Shown here one piece after another: positions 7,971-16,237 of a stretch of 64,000 nt of DNA (positions are counted from its first letter, which is position 1; each line of letters begins with the position of its first letter). Source of the DNA: an uncultured Pseudomonadales bacterium. Its GTDB lineage: Bacteria; Pseudomonadota; Alphaproteobacteria; UBA2136; UBA6156. The notes beneath the pieces were generated by a model. It was given only the letters and a program-made list of their open reading frames with translations. It had not been told where the DNA came from and made no database searches. The position numbers and the translations under genes were made by a program. The stretch lies in assembly GCA_964601735.1 (NCBI GenBank), contig CAZROO010000002.1, forward strand, positions 61,109 through 125,108, read 5' to 3'.

Positions 7971-10439
7971 ATGAGCGATACACCACAAAAACCCAAAGGC
8001 ACCCTTTCAATCGGCGGAACGCTTGGCGTTCCCAGTGGCGCGGGCGCCCGTCCGGGTAGCGTGGCGGTCGAAGTCCGCAAGCGCCGTTTCGATAGCCCCA
8101 ATCCTATGGCCAACAAGGCCGGTACGGTGGCGGCGGGCAATCAGCGCCTGGCCGAGAACGAAGCCCAGCGCCGCGCCCAGGCCCTGCAAAACGCCCAGAA
8201 TCAGCAAGCCAGCAGCCAGCCCAGCGTGCAGGACGCCCTCAAACGCGCCTCCCAATTGCAGGAAGAACACGTTAAAAACGCCGCCGAACGCGCCCGCCAG
8301 GCCGCCGAGCAAAAGGCTGCCGAACAGGCCGCCCGTCCCCGCGCGGGCAGCGGCGCGGGCGGTGTCCAAAGCGGCACGCTGGGCAGCGCCAGCGCCCACC
8401 GCGCGGTCGACAGCCGCGACTTCGGCCGCAAGCCCATCACGGTCGAAGACAGTCGCCGAGGCCCCAACGCTGCAGGCAAGCCGCAAGGGCGCGACCTCGC
8501 CAGCAAGCGTGGCCGCAATGCTTACCTCGAAGACCTCGAAGCCCGTGGCCGTGCCGGTAGCGGCTCTCGCCGCCGTGGCCGTGGCGGCCCCATCGATGCC
8601 GACACAGGCCCGTCCGCGCCCGCCGAAAAAATCTACCGCGACGTCACCATCCCCGAATTCATCACGGTGGGCGAACTCGCCGCCCGCATGACCGAAAAGG
8701 CGTCGGACGTGGTGAAAAAGCTGATGATGATGGGCGAAATGGTCACGGTCAACCAAACCATCGACCAGGCCACCGCCGAGCTTATCGTCACCGAATTTGG
8801 CCACCGCTTCAAACTGGTGCAGGCCGAAAACATCGAACAAAAAATCATGCAGGCCGACGACGCGGCGGAAGATCTCCAAACCCGCGCGCCCATCGTCACC
8901 ATCATGGGCCACGTCGATCACGGCAAAACCACGCTGCTCGATACCCTGCGCAAAACCTCGGTGGTCAAGGGCGAAGCCGGGGGCATCACCCAGCACATCG
9001 GCGCGTATCAAGTGAAAGCCCCCAGCGGCCGCCTCATCACCTTCCTCGATACCCCCGGCCACGCGGCCTTCACGGCCATGCGCGCCCGCGGCGCCAAGGT
9101 CACCGACGTGGTGATTCTGGTCGTTGCCGCCGACGACAGCGTCATGCCGCAAACCATCGAAGCCATCCAGCACGCCCGTGCCGCCAACGTGCCGCTGGTG
9201 GTCGCGCTCAATAAAATCGACAAACCCGGCGCCAACCCGCAAAAGGTCAAAAACGACCTGCTGGCGCACGAAGTCGTCATCGAAGAATTCGGCGGCACCG
9301 TGCCCTGCGTGCCGGTCAGCGGCCTCACCGGCCAGGGCCTGCCGGAGCTCGAAGAAATCGTCCTGCTGCAAGCCGACGTGCTCGATCTCAAAGCCAATCC
9401 CAACCGCCGGGCCGACGGCGCGGTGGTCGAAGCCAAGCTCGACAAGGGCCGCGGCTCCGTTGCCACCGTCATCGTCCAGCGCGGCACGCTGCGCACCGGC
9501 GATATCGTCGTCGCGGGCCCGGTCTGGGGCCGCGTCCGCGCGCTCATCAACGATCACGGCCAAACCGTGAAAGAGGCAGGCCCCAGCATGCCGGTCGAAA
9601 TCCTCGGCATCAACGGCGTACCCGCCGCGGGCGATAACTTCATCGTCGCCGAAAACGAACGCGCGGCAAAAGAAGCCGCCTCGGCCCGCGAGCAGCAGCA
9701 ACGCGAGCGCGACCAGGCCTCGCGCAAGATGACGCTCGAAAACCTGATGGAAAAAATGAGCAGCGAGGGCCAGCAGGAACTCAACCTCATCATCAAGGCC
9801 GACGTGCAAGGGTCGGTCGAAGCCATCAGCTACGCGTTGTCGCAACTTAACGCCGACCAGCAACAGGTGAAGGTCAAAGTCATCTCCGGCGGCGTCGGCG
9901 TCATCACCGAAAACGATGTCAACCTCGCGGTCACCGCCAGCGCGCTCTGCATCGGCTTCAACGTCCGCGCCGACGCCACCGCGCGGCAAGTGGCCGAGCA
10001 AGCCGGTATCGAAATCCGCTACTACGACATCATTTATAACCTGGTCGACGACATCAAGGCGGCGATGTCCGGCCTGCTCGCGCCCAGCGTGGTCGAGGAA
10101 ATCACCGGCACCGCCGAAATCCGCGCGCTGTTCAAGTTCGAGAAAATCCGCATCGCGGGCTGCATGGTCACCAGCGGCAAAATCTCGCGCAACAGCAAGG
10201 TGCGCCTCATCCGCGACGGCAAGGTCATCTATACGGGTGAAATCGCCACCCTCAAGCGCAACAAGGATGACGCCAAGGAAGTGGCCTCCGGTTACGAGTG
10301 CGGCATGACCTTCGAGAAGTTCACCGACTTCAACGAAGGGGACACGGTCGAAGCTTTCGCCAACCGCGAAATCAAACGCACCATCGACGACCTGAAAAAC
10401 GTCGCCGCCAAACAAGCACCAGCCCAGCCTTTGGCGTAA
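7971..10439 (+). CDS. infB: translation initiation factor IF-2
   Basis: 822 aa. GTPase motifs GHVDHGKTTLLD, DTPGH and NKID are present, with a C-terminal IF2 domain. No Shine-Dalgarno sequence is visible upstream. Confidence 0.96.
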   Translation: MSDTPQKPKGTLSIGGTLGVPSGAGARPGSVAVEVRKRRFDSPNPMANKAGTVAAGNQRLAENEAQRRAQALQNAQNQQASSQPSVQDALKRASQLQEEHVKNAAERARQAAEQKAAEQAARPRAGSGAGGVQSGTLGSASAHRAVDSRDFGRKPITVEDSRRGPNAAGKPQGRDLASKRGRNAYLEDLEARGRAGSGSRRRGRGGPIDADTGPSAPAEKIYRDVTIPEFITVGELAARMTEKASDVVKKLMMMGEMVTVNQTIDQATAELIVTEFGHRFKLVQAENIEQKIMQADDAAEDLQTRAPIVTIMGHVDHGKTTLLDTLRKTSVVKGEAGGITQHIGAYQVKAPSGRLITFLDTPGHAAFTAMRARGAKVTDVVILVVAADDSVMPQTIEAIQHARAANVPLVVALNKIDKPGANPQKVKNDLLAHEVVIEEFGGTVPCVPVSGLTGQGLPELEEIVLLQADVLDLKANPNRRADGAVVEAKLDKGRGSVATVIVQRGTLRTGDIVVAGPVWGRVRALINDHGQTVKEAGPSMPVEILGINGVPAAGDNFIVAENERAAKEAASAREQQQRERDQASRKMTLENLMEKMSSEGQQELNLIIKADVQGSVEAISYALSQLNADQQQVKVKVISGGVGVITENDVNLAVTASALCIGFNVRADATARQVAEQAGIEIRYYDIIYNLVDDIKAAMSGLLAPSVVEEITGTAEIRALFKFEKIRIAGCMVTSGKISRNSKVRLIRDGKVIYTGEIATLKRNKDDAKEVASGYECGMTFEKFTDFNEGDTVEAFANREIKRTIDDLKNVAAKQAPAQPLA

Positions 10440-10540
10440 ATTAAATCCCCGTCGGCCCCGCGTTTGCGCTCTTCGCGCAAATGACGGGGCTACGGCTTGA
10501 ATTCCCGTTTCTTTAAAAACAACTCGCTCAAGTAAGGGGC

Positions 10541-10645
10541 GTCATGCCCGCGCAGGCGGGCATCCAGGAGCGAACGGTCAAAGTCCCAGGAAAGAACGTC
10601 CCCGGCGCAGGCCGGGGTCTTGTCTGAACGAAAAACCCTAGAGAG
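10541..10645 (+). repeat. Family B composite palindromic repeat (variant copy)
   Basis: gtcatgcccgcgcaggcgggcatcc...gcgaacggtcaaagtccc...ccccggcgcaggccgggg...gaacgaaaaaccctag shares modules with 15131..15310 and 19301..19440. Confidence 0.6.
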
Positions 10646-10664
10646 GGCGCCATCTACAAGGAGG

Positions 10665-11144
10665 CTAGGCAGGAATCCTCTTCCTGAAAAACAACATCCC
10701 GGTCTTAGGGCAGGGGCCATCCTCTTTCCACTCCAAATGGCTATAAAATCCCCGCGCCGCCATATTCTCCGGGTTAGTCCGCAGCCGCGCAAAAGTCTGG
10801 CCATGACGGCGGAAAAACGCCATCGCATACTCATCCAGCATCCGGCCCAACCCGCGCCCGCGCCATTCGGCCTCAAGGTAAAAATTACTCACGAAACCAC
10901 CGTCCTCTTTCGCTGCCGCACGCAATTCCACATCGCCTACCGGTACACGGTCCACGGTCAAAAAGGCGATGGCCGCCGGGTCAGCCGCCAGCAATTCCCC
11001 GGCAAAATCAGCATAAGTGCGTCCGCGCTTGAACCACTCAAAAAACCGCTCATCCGACCCCAGATTGGCCACGGCGGTACGACGCTTGAACTCCTCAGCC
11101 AGCGGCAGCCGTTCCGGCGTCAGCGGCTCAAAATCAATCTTCAT
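10665..11144 (-). CDS. GNAT family N-acetyltransferase (159 aa)
   Basis: Acetyl-CoA binding motif A WRGRGLGRMLDEYAMAFF. It starts 7 nt after the doc stop on the same strand. Confidence 0.8.
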   Translation of the reverse strand: MKIDFEPLTPERLPLAEEFKRRTAVANLGSDERFFEWFKRGRTYADFAGELLAADPAAIAFLTVDRVPVGDVELRAAAKEDGGFVSNFYLEAEWRGRGLGRMLDEYAMAFFRRHGQTFARLRTNPENMAARGFYSHLEWKEDGPCPKTGMLFFRKRIPA

Positions 11145-11151
11145 GGCTGGG

Positions 11152-11544
11152 TTACCGCTTCCTCAACCGTTCCCGCAGCCACGCTGCCAGCGCCTCCGCA
11201 TCCATGCCTCCCTCGGCCACTTCCACCATAATCAACACCGCAGCGGTTTTGTTGAATTCCACATCCAGCTTATTCAGGTACAAAAAAGCCCTACCCGTCA
11301 CCCATGCGCTGCGTTTATTGGCGTCATTGAAAGGGTGATTGCGTGCAATCCCTGTCACATACAGCGCTGCCAGCCGGGCCATATCGGGCTGAGGCTCCTC
11401 ATAGGCCCAGGCCTGCTGCGGTTTAGCCAGCGCGCTTTCCAGTAAATTCGGGTCGCGGATGCCAGCCAGCCCGCCATGCGCGGCCAGTTGTGCATCATGC
11501 AAAGCCAGAACGGCCTTGGTTTCCATCCATTGGGGTTCGGTCAT
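11152..11544 (-). CDS. doc: Doc (death-on-curing) Fic-fold toxin
   Basis: 130 aa with the Doc-type Fic motif HPFNDANKR. It follows a small antitoxin gene after an 8-nt gap. Confidence 0.87.
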   Translation of the reverse strand: MTEPQWMETKAVLALHDAQLAAHGGLAGIRDPNLLESALAKPQQAWAYEEPQPDMARLAALYVTGIARNHPFNDANKRSAWVTGRAFLYLNKLDVEFNKTAAVLIMVEVAEGGMDAEALAAWLRERLRKR

Positions 11545-11552
11545 GGCGGCTC

Positions 11553-11771
11553 CTAGCGTTTCGAGAGCTCACGCAATACATCGCGGTCGGCGCGCATCAC
11601 CGCTTCGGCGGCCTCCATCTGCGCGGCAAATCGGGCATCATAAGCGCTCAATGTCACGCCCACGGGGTTATCCGTCACCTGCAGCTCATCACCCTTCTTA
11701 ACGCCCAATTTGGCCAAAGTTTCCGCGCTTAAAACCACCCCCAGGCTGTTGCCGATGCTGATGACCTTCAT
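11553..11771 (-). CDS. AbrB/MazE/SpoVT-type antitoxin (72 aa)
   Basis: Swapped-hairpin N-terminus MKVISIGNSLGVVLSAETLAKLGVKKGDEL. AAGGAG Shine-Dalgarno sequence 7 nt upstream. Confidence 0.8.
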   Translation of the reverse strand: MKVISIGNSLGVVLSAETLAKLGVKKGDELQVTDNPVGVTLSAYDARFAAQMEAAEAVMRADRDVLRELSKR

Positions 11772-11788
11772 GACTGTCTCCTTATCAT

Positions 11789-11828
11789 GTTATAACAAAC
11801 ATTATAACGTAAACCTGACACCTTTCAA
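11789..11828 (-). promoter_or_regulatory. toxin-antitoxin operon promoter with palindromic operator half-sites
   Basis: On the minus strand: TTGAAA (11828-11823), 16-nt spacer, TATAAT (11806-11801). GTTATAAC (11789-11796) and ATTATAAC (11801-11808) are spaced 12 nt apart and overlap the -10/+1 region. Confidence 0.55.
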
Positions 11829-11856
11829 GCCCTTTTCAAAGGCGCGGCGCTATGCC

Positions 11857-12168
11857 ATGCCGTCTGGCATGAAAGCCATGTCCCAGCGCCAGCAAAAAGT
11901 GGCGGAAGAAGTCCGCCACGTCATCGCATCCACGCTGCTGCGCGGCGATATCCCCACCACGCTGCCCACCCGCAGCCTCACGGTGGTCGATGTCTGGGTT
12001 TCCGCCGACCTGCGCCTGGCCCGCGTCTTCATCGACATGCCGCCCGATTTCGACACCAAGGCGGTCACCGAAGCCGCCAACGAGCAATTGTCCAAACCGC
12101 TGCGCAAAGCCCTGTCCGAAAAAGCCGCCCTCAAAAACACCCCCGCCATCCAGTTTTTCCCGGTTTAA
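11857..12168 (+). CDS. rbfA: ribosome-binding factor A
   Basis: SQRQQKVAEEVRHVIASTLLRGD...LRLARVFI. The start is ATG 11857, 11869 or 11878. The track start 11710 overlaps the antitoxin gene and is rejected. Confidence 0.85.
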   Translation: MPSGMKAMSQRQQKVAEEVRHVIASTLLRGDIPTTLPTRSLTVVDVWVSADLRLARVFIDMPPDFDTKAVTEAANEQLSKPLRKALSEKAALKNTPAIQFFPV

Positions 12169-12176
12169 TAGGTTCT

Positions 12177-12235
12177 CTGTCATGCCGGCGAAGGCCGGTA
12201 TCCACGATAATACGTGCCGCAGGCACTCAAACCTT
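12177..12235 (+). repeat. Family A double-hairpin intergenic repeat, copy 2
   Basis: Same 59-nt unit as 3793..3851. The first hairpin is CCGGC-GAAG-GCCGG, a compensatory A>G / T>C change relative to copy 1. Confidence 0.75.
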
Positions 12236-12268
12236 TACGCTTAAAGGTTTAAGCCTTATGCACGGCCC

Positions 12269-12988
12269 ATGAACGGTTTTCTCCTCATCAACAAACCCTC
12301 CGGCCCCACCAGCGCGCAGGTGACGAACCGCATCAAATACCTGCTGCCTAAATTAAACGGCAAAAAGCCCAAGATTGGCCACGGCGGCACGCTCGACCCC
12401 CTGGCCACCGGCCTGCTGCCCATCGGCATCGGCAAGGCCACCAAGCAGCTTCAGGCCCTGCTCGACGGCCCCAAAACCTACGTCTTCACCGTCACCTTCG
12501 GCACCCAAACCACCACCGACGACACCGAAGGCACCCCTGTCGCCACGTCCGATAATCGCCCCACCGTCGGCCAAATCGAAGCCATCCTGCCCCAGTTCAC
12601 CGGCGAGATCAGCCAAACCCCACCGGCCTTCAGCGCCCTCAAAATCGACGGCCAGCGCGCCTACGACCTCGCCCGCAGCGGCCAAACGGTGGAACTCAAA
12701 CCCCGAACCGTAACCATCCACAGCCTCAAAATGCTGGAAAATAAAAGCGACTCAGCCGTATTCGAGGCCAACGTCTCCAAAGGCACCTACGTCCGCAGCC
12801 TCGCCCGCGACCTCGCTTTAGCCCTTAATACGGTAGGCCACGTCAGCCAGCTGGAACGAACCACCCACGGCCCGTTCACCCTGCAACAAGCTGTAACGCT
12901 TGACAAAATCGCCGAAACCGCCGATATCGCCACCTATCTTCTGCCGCTGGACGCTGACCTGGCCGCCGGAAGTAAAACGTCAGCGTGA
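12269..12988 (+). CDS. truB: tRNA pseudouridine(55) synthase TruB (short form, no PUA domain)
   Basis: [11 protein letters not shown] and the catalytic motif [23 protein letters not shown]. It is 239 aa and ends where the PUA domain would begin. Confidence 0.9.
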   Translation: MNGFLLINKPSGPTSAQVTNRIKYLLPKLNGKKPKIGHGGTLDPLATGLLPIGIGKATKQLQALLDGPKTYVFTVTFGTQTTTDDTEGTPVATSDNRPTVGQIEAILPQFTGEISQTPPAFSALKIDGQRAYDLARSGQTVELKPRTVTIHSLKMLENKSDSAVFEANVSKGTYVRSLARDLALALNTVGHVSQLERTTHGPFTLQQAVTLDKIAETADIATYLLPLDADLAAGSKTSA

Positions 12989-13007
12989 AAAAACGAAGGT
13001 AAGTAAA

Positions 13008-13277
13008 ATGACCATCACCGCCAAGCGCAAGGCCGAAGTCATCAAGACCCACGCCAAATCCGCCAACGACACCGGCAGCCCCGAAGTGCAAATCGCCATC
13101 CTGAGCGAACGCATCAAGAATTTGACCGAACACTTCAAAACCCACAAGCAAGATACCCACAGCCGCCGCGGCCTGATGAAGCTCGTCAGCACCCGCCGCG
13201 GTCTGCTCGACTATCTCAAAAAGATCGAAAAGCCCCGGTACCAGGCCATCATCGAAAAGCTCGGCCTGCGGAAGTAA
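13008..13277 (+). CDS. rpsO: 30S ribosomal protein S15
   Basis: 89 aa, [15 protein letters not shown]...[34 protein letters not shown]. The track ORF is trimmed to ATG 13008. Confidence 0.96.
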   Translation: MTITAKRKAEVIKTHAKSANDTGSPEVQIAILSERIKNLTEHFKTHKQDTHSRRGLMKLVSTRRGLLDYLKKIEKPRYQAIIEKLGLRK

Positions 13278-13288
13278 ATGATATCTTC

Positions 13289-13318
13289 AAAAAAGGCCCT
13301 TTTTCAGGGCCTTTTTTG
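13289..13318 (+). terminator. intrinsic terminator after rpsO
   Basis: AAAAAGGCCCT-TTTTC-AGGGCC followed by TTTTTT. Confidence 0.8.
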
Positions 13319-13365
13319 TTAGATGAATTTATCCCGGCGAAGGCCGGGATCCGCGTCCGGTAAAA

Positions 13366-13394
13366 ACAAAAAAGCCCCCACCGGGGCTTTTTTT
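13366..13394. terminator. bidirectional hairpin terminator
   Basis: A-run, GCCCC-CACC-GGGGC, T-run. It lies 7 nt beyond the stop of minus gene 13401..13973. Confidence 0.65.
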
Positions 13395-13400
13395 ATAGGG

Positions 13401-13973
13401 TTATTTCTTACAGTTGCCGGTGGTGCCGGTGGCCTGCATGCCGTTGCAGATCGGCAGGCACATTTCGCCGCCGGAAGAACCGCTACCGAGCGTACTGCTG
13501 ACAAACGAATAAGTGCCCTTCATCGTGCTTTCCACCAAACTGGGCAGGGCGGTTATCAGGGCGCCGCACAGCAATAAAATAAGTCCCCCGGCCACGGCGC
13601 CGTTCACCATCTGGTAAAGGCCGAGCAACGCCACGGCCAAACCAATCAGCAAGCCAAAGTTGCCCGAGAGCACATATTTGCTCTGGCAGTAAAACTGCTG
13701 CGACAGCGTCACGCCGGTCTGGCCCATGGTGGCGGGGTCCAAATTGTCATCCACGCAGGCCAGGTAGGGGTTGCCGTTGGGGTCGGTGCCGCCCCCCTGC
13801 GGGTGGTTGACGCAATCCATCTGGCTGGCAGTGTTGGGGTTGCCGCCGCCGCCACCGATGGAAACCCGCGGCAAGCCATTGGGGCCGATCGGCACCCCGC
13901 CCGGCGTCGTGGCGCCCCAAGCCGGCAAAACCAGACCAGCCACCATCAAAACACCCAGCAAAAACATCTTCAT
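13401..13973 (-). CDS. secreted two-TM protein with a VirB2/TrbC (T4SS pilin)-like core (190 aa)
   Basis: Signal peptide MKMFLLGVLMVAGLVLPAWG. GGGTDP...DPATM, then C-x4-VLSGNFG and two adjacent hydrophobic helices, which mirrors A. tumefaciens VirB2 as I recall it. It also has a Cys-rich C-terminal tail. The family call is tentative. Confidence 0.6.
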   Translation of the reverse strand: MKMFLLGVLMVAGLVLPAWGATTPGGVPIGPNGLPRVSIGGGGGNPNTASQMDCVNHPQGGGTDPNGNPYLACVDDNLDPATMGQTGVTLSQQFYCQSKYVLSGNFGLLIGLAVALLGLYQMVNGAVAGGLILLLCGALITALPSLVESTMKGTYSFVSSTLGSGSSGGEMCLPICNGMQATGTTGNCKK

Positions 13974-14077
13974 GGAATAAATATGGAGAACCTTAGCCCC
14001 CCACGCAACCGGCTTCGGTACCAGCCACAGCAGAGCTGTGGCCCTCTTACCCTCTCATCCTCTCACCCTCGGCCGCA

Positions 14078-15106
14078 TCAGCGCCCGGGCACACCCTTGG
14101 CGGTTGAGTACTGCACCTTGAACTTCTTGCCCGGGTCAATCAGCCCCTGGGCGGTCTTGGCGGCCAGCGCGGCCTCGGCAAAACCGGTCAAAATCAACGG
14201 CAGCTTGCCGGGGTAATCGACAATATCCCCAATCGCCAGCACGCCCGGCCGGTTGGTGGTCATGGTGCCGTGCTCGATGTGGATCTTATCCTTCTCCATC
14301 GCAATGCCCCACCCGGCATAGGGGCCGGGGTTGGGCGCCAGCCCAAAGCAGCACACCACTTGGGTCGCATTAATCAGCCGCGTTGTGCCGTCAATATCCG
14401 CCACCATCACGCTGCTGAGCTTGCTCGAATCCCCCATCAGTTCCTTCAACTCGAACGGCGTATGGAGCGTGATCTTCCCACCCGCCGCCAGCTCGCGCAT
14501 CCGCGCCACACTCGCTTCCGCCGCGCGGAAATCCACCCGCCGGTGCACCACATGCACATGCGCGGCAAACGACGCCAGTTCCACCGCCCAGTCCACGGCG
14601 CTGTCGCCGCCACCGGCCAATATCACGGTCTGGCCCGCCAGCGCGGCCTTGTCGGTCACGGCATATTTCACCGCGCCGCTGGCCTCGAATTTCTCCAGGT
14701 CCGGCAGCTTGGGCTTGCGCGGCGTGAACATCCCGCCGCCGCCAGCGATCAGCACCACCTTGGCCTGCACTTCATGGCTCGCGGTGCGCAACACAAAACC
14801 GCCATCGCTGTCGGCCAGTTCCATCACGGGCTCGCCCAGCAGGTACACCGGCGCGTAGGGGCTGGCCTGCTCCATCAAATGCTCCACCAGCTTGCCCGCC
14901 AGAATCATCGGGTGGCCGGGAATGTCATAAATCGGCTTCTCCGGATAGAGTGCACTTAGCTGCCCCCCGGCCTGCGGCAAGGCATCCAGCACCACGCATT
15001 TGTAACCAAGGAACCCGCACTCGAACACCGCAAACAAACCCGCAGGGCCCGCCCCGATAATCGCCACATCCGTCTGGTGAATTGTCATGGGGTTAGCTTT
15101 AACCAT
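14078..15106 (-). CDS. thioredoxin-reductase-type ferredoxin-NADP(+) reductase / FAD-dependent oxidoreductase
   Basis: DVAIIGAGPAGLFAVFE (FAD GxGxxG) and a second dinucleotide site ILAGGGDSAVDWA. The start is ATG 15106 or 15088. The track extension to 15361 runs through repeats. Confidence 0.87.
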   Translation of the reverse strand: MVKANPMTIHQTDVAIIGAGPAGLFAVFECGFLGYKCVVLDALPQAGGQLSALYPEKPIYDIPGHPMILAGKLVEHLMEQASPYAPVYLLGEPVMELADSDGGFVLRTASHEVQAKVVLIAGGGGMFTPRKPKLPDLEKFEASGAVKYAVTDKAALAGQTVILAGGGDSAVDWAVELASFAAHVHVVHRRVDFRAAEASVARMRELAAGGKITLHTPFELKELMGDSSKLSSVMVADIDGTTRLINATQVVCCFGLAPNPGPYAGWGIAMEKDKIHIEHGTMTTNRPGVLAIGDIVDYPGKLPLILTGFAEAALAAKTAQGLIDPGKKFKVQYSTAKGVPGR

Positions 15107-15130
15107 GCTACCGCTCTTGGCGCAAGGCCA

Positions 15131-15310
15131 CCTTAAACACCGCTTCATCCCGGCGCAGGCGGGTACCCAGGGGCTAACGGTCAAAGTCCCAACAAAGAAC
15201 GTCCTCCGCCCCGTTCTGCAACGGGGCAGGCCCAAACAGAAAACCCTAAACACCGCCTCATCCCGGCGGAGGCCGGGATCCACGTCCGCTCCCGCCGCAA
15301 GAAAGAACGG
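15131..15310 (+). repeat. Family B composite palindromic repeat
   Basis: Modules: aaacaccgcttcatcccggcgcaggcggg; ggtcaaagtccc; cgccccgttctgcaacggggc; aacagaaaaccctaaacaccgcctcatcccggcggaggccgggatccacgtcc. Copies at 16004..16090 and 19301..19440. Confidence 0.7.
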
Positions 15311-15430
15311 AAGCCCTGTCAGCCCACCCTCACCAACCCCCGCATAAACCAGCAGACACAAGTCTTATCTGCGTGCCGTTTTTGCCGTGACATCCCGTCA
15401 CGCCGCGGTGCGCTTAACGGAGAAATTCCG

Positions 15431-15763
15431 ATGAAGCGTTCAATCTTCTTTTCTTTGGGCATGATCTCTTTCGCCGTGGTGCTGAAGTTCTGCGGTCTAG
15501 ACTCCCTCCTTTATCTGGGGCTGTTGTTTTACGTCGGTCCCCAGGTAGGTAAAGGCATGTTCGATTATAGTAAACGCAACATGTCGGGAGCCCGGTTCGG
15601 GCTGCTTGTCGGCATGGGGGTTGTCATTCTCAACCTGGCAATGTGGGATAGCCAGTCGGCTGTTTTTGGCAATCCCATTACCAATGTGGTGGTCACGGTT
15701 GTCTATCTGGCCGTGATTTTCGGCGTGTTGTACGAAACTAGAAACCCTTCCCAAACTGCTTAA
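15431..15763 (+). CDS. hypothetical small membrane protein (110 aa, 3-4 TM)
   Basis: Hydrophobic ORF followed by a strong terminator. I recognise no family. Confidence 0.55.
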   Translation: MKRSIFFSLGMISFAVVLKFCGLDSLLYLGLLFYVGPQVGKGMFDYSKRNMSGARFGLLVGMGVVILNLAMWDSQSAVFGNPITNVVVTVVYLAVIFGVLYETRNPSQTA

Positions 15764-15777
15764 CCCCAACCTCATTC

Positions 15778-15807
15778 CCCTCCGCTGCCAAGCGGAGGGC
15801 CTTTTTT
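15778..15807 (+). terminator. intrinsic terminator
   Basis: CCCTCCGCT-GCCA-AGCGGAGGG followed by CCTTTTTT. Confidence 0.75.
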
Positions 15808-15932
15808 ATGTCTTCTCCGCATTTTCAAAAACATCTCCGTCATTGCGAGTAGCACGGCCCACAGCCGGTGCCGAAGCCACGATGCTCCTTACTTGGCAGG
15901 GGCCCTTTTTGTCTCCGTCCGCCACAAAAAAT

Positions 15933-16090
15933 AACTATCCCCGGAAAATCGCCGCCCCGTTGCAAAAAACGTCCCTACTGCTTACGGCGATTTATCCGGG
16001 GCCCTGCCCGAACAGAAAACCCTAAACACCGCCTTATCCCGGCGAAGGCCGGGATCCACGTCCGCTACTGCCGCCAGAAAGAACGTCCCC
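15933..16090 (+). repeat. composite repeat (module D then module B), left flank of the 16.2-19.1 kb gene block
   Basis: aactatccccggaaaatcgccg...cggcgatttatccggggcc (imperfect long hairpin), then gcccgaacagaaaaccctaaacaccgccttatcccggcgaaggccgggatccacgtcc. The same modules occur in the same order at 19123..19440. Confidence 0.65.
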
Positions 16091-16237
16091 CGAGGGCAAA
16101 GCCGCCGACCGAAGGGAAGGCAATGACGGGGCCACGGGCAGGGGCGGCACAAGCCCAAAAACCAGTTGTCCAATTTCCCTGCCCAATTCCTCCCCCCAAC
16201 CGATTACCGCTAACCGATAACCGATTACCATAGCCCC

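Noticed and set aside
8007-10415. 802-aa minus-strand ORF spanning almost all of infB, plus many other ORFs in this range
   Set aside because: It is antisense to an unambiguous IF-2 gene. Its composition is the Arg/Gly/Ala/Asp-rich low-complexity pattern expected from the reverse frame of a high-GC gene. It has no recognisable motifs.
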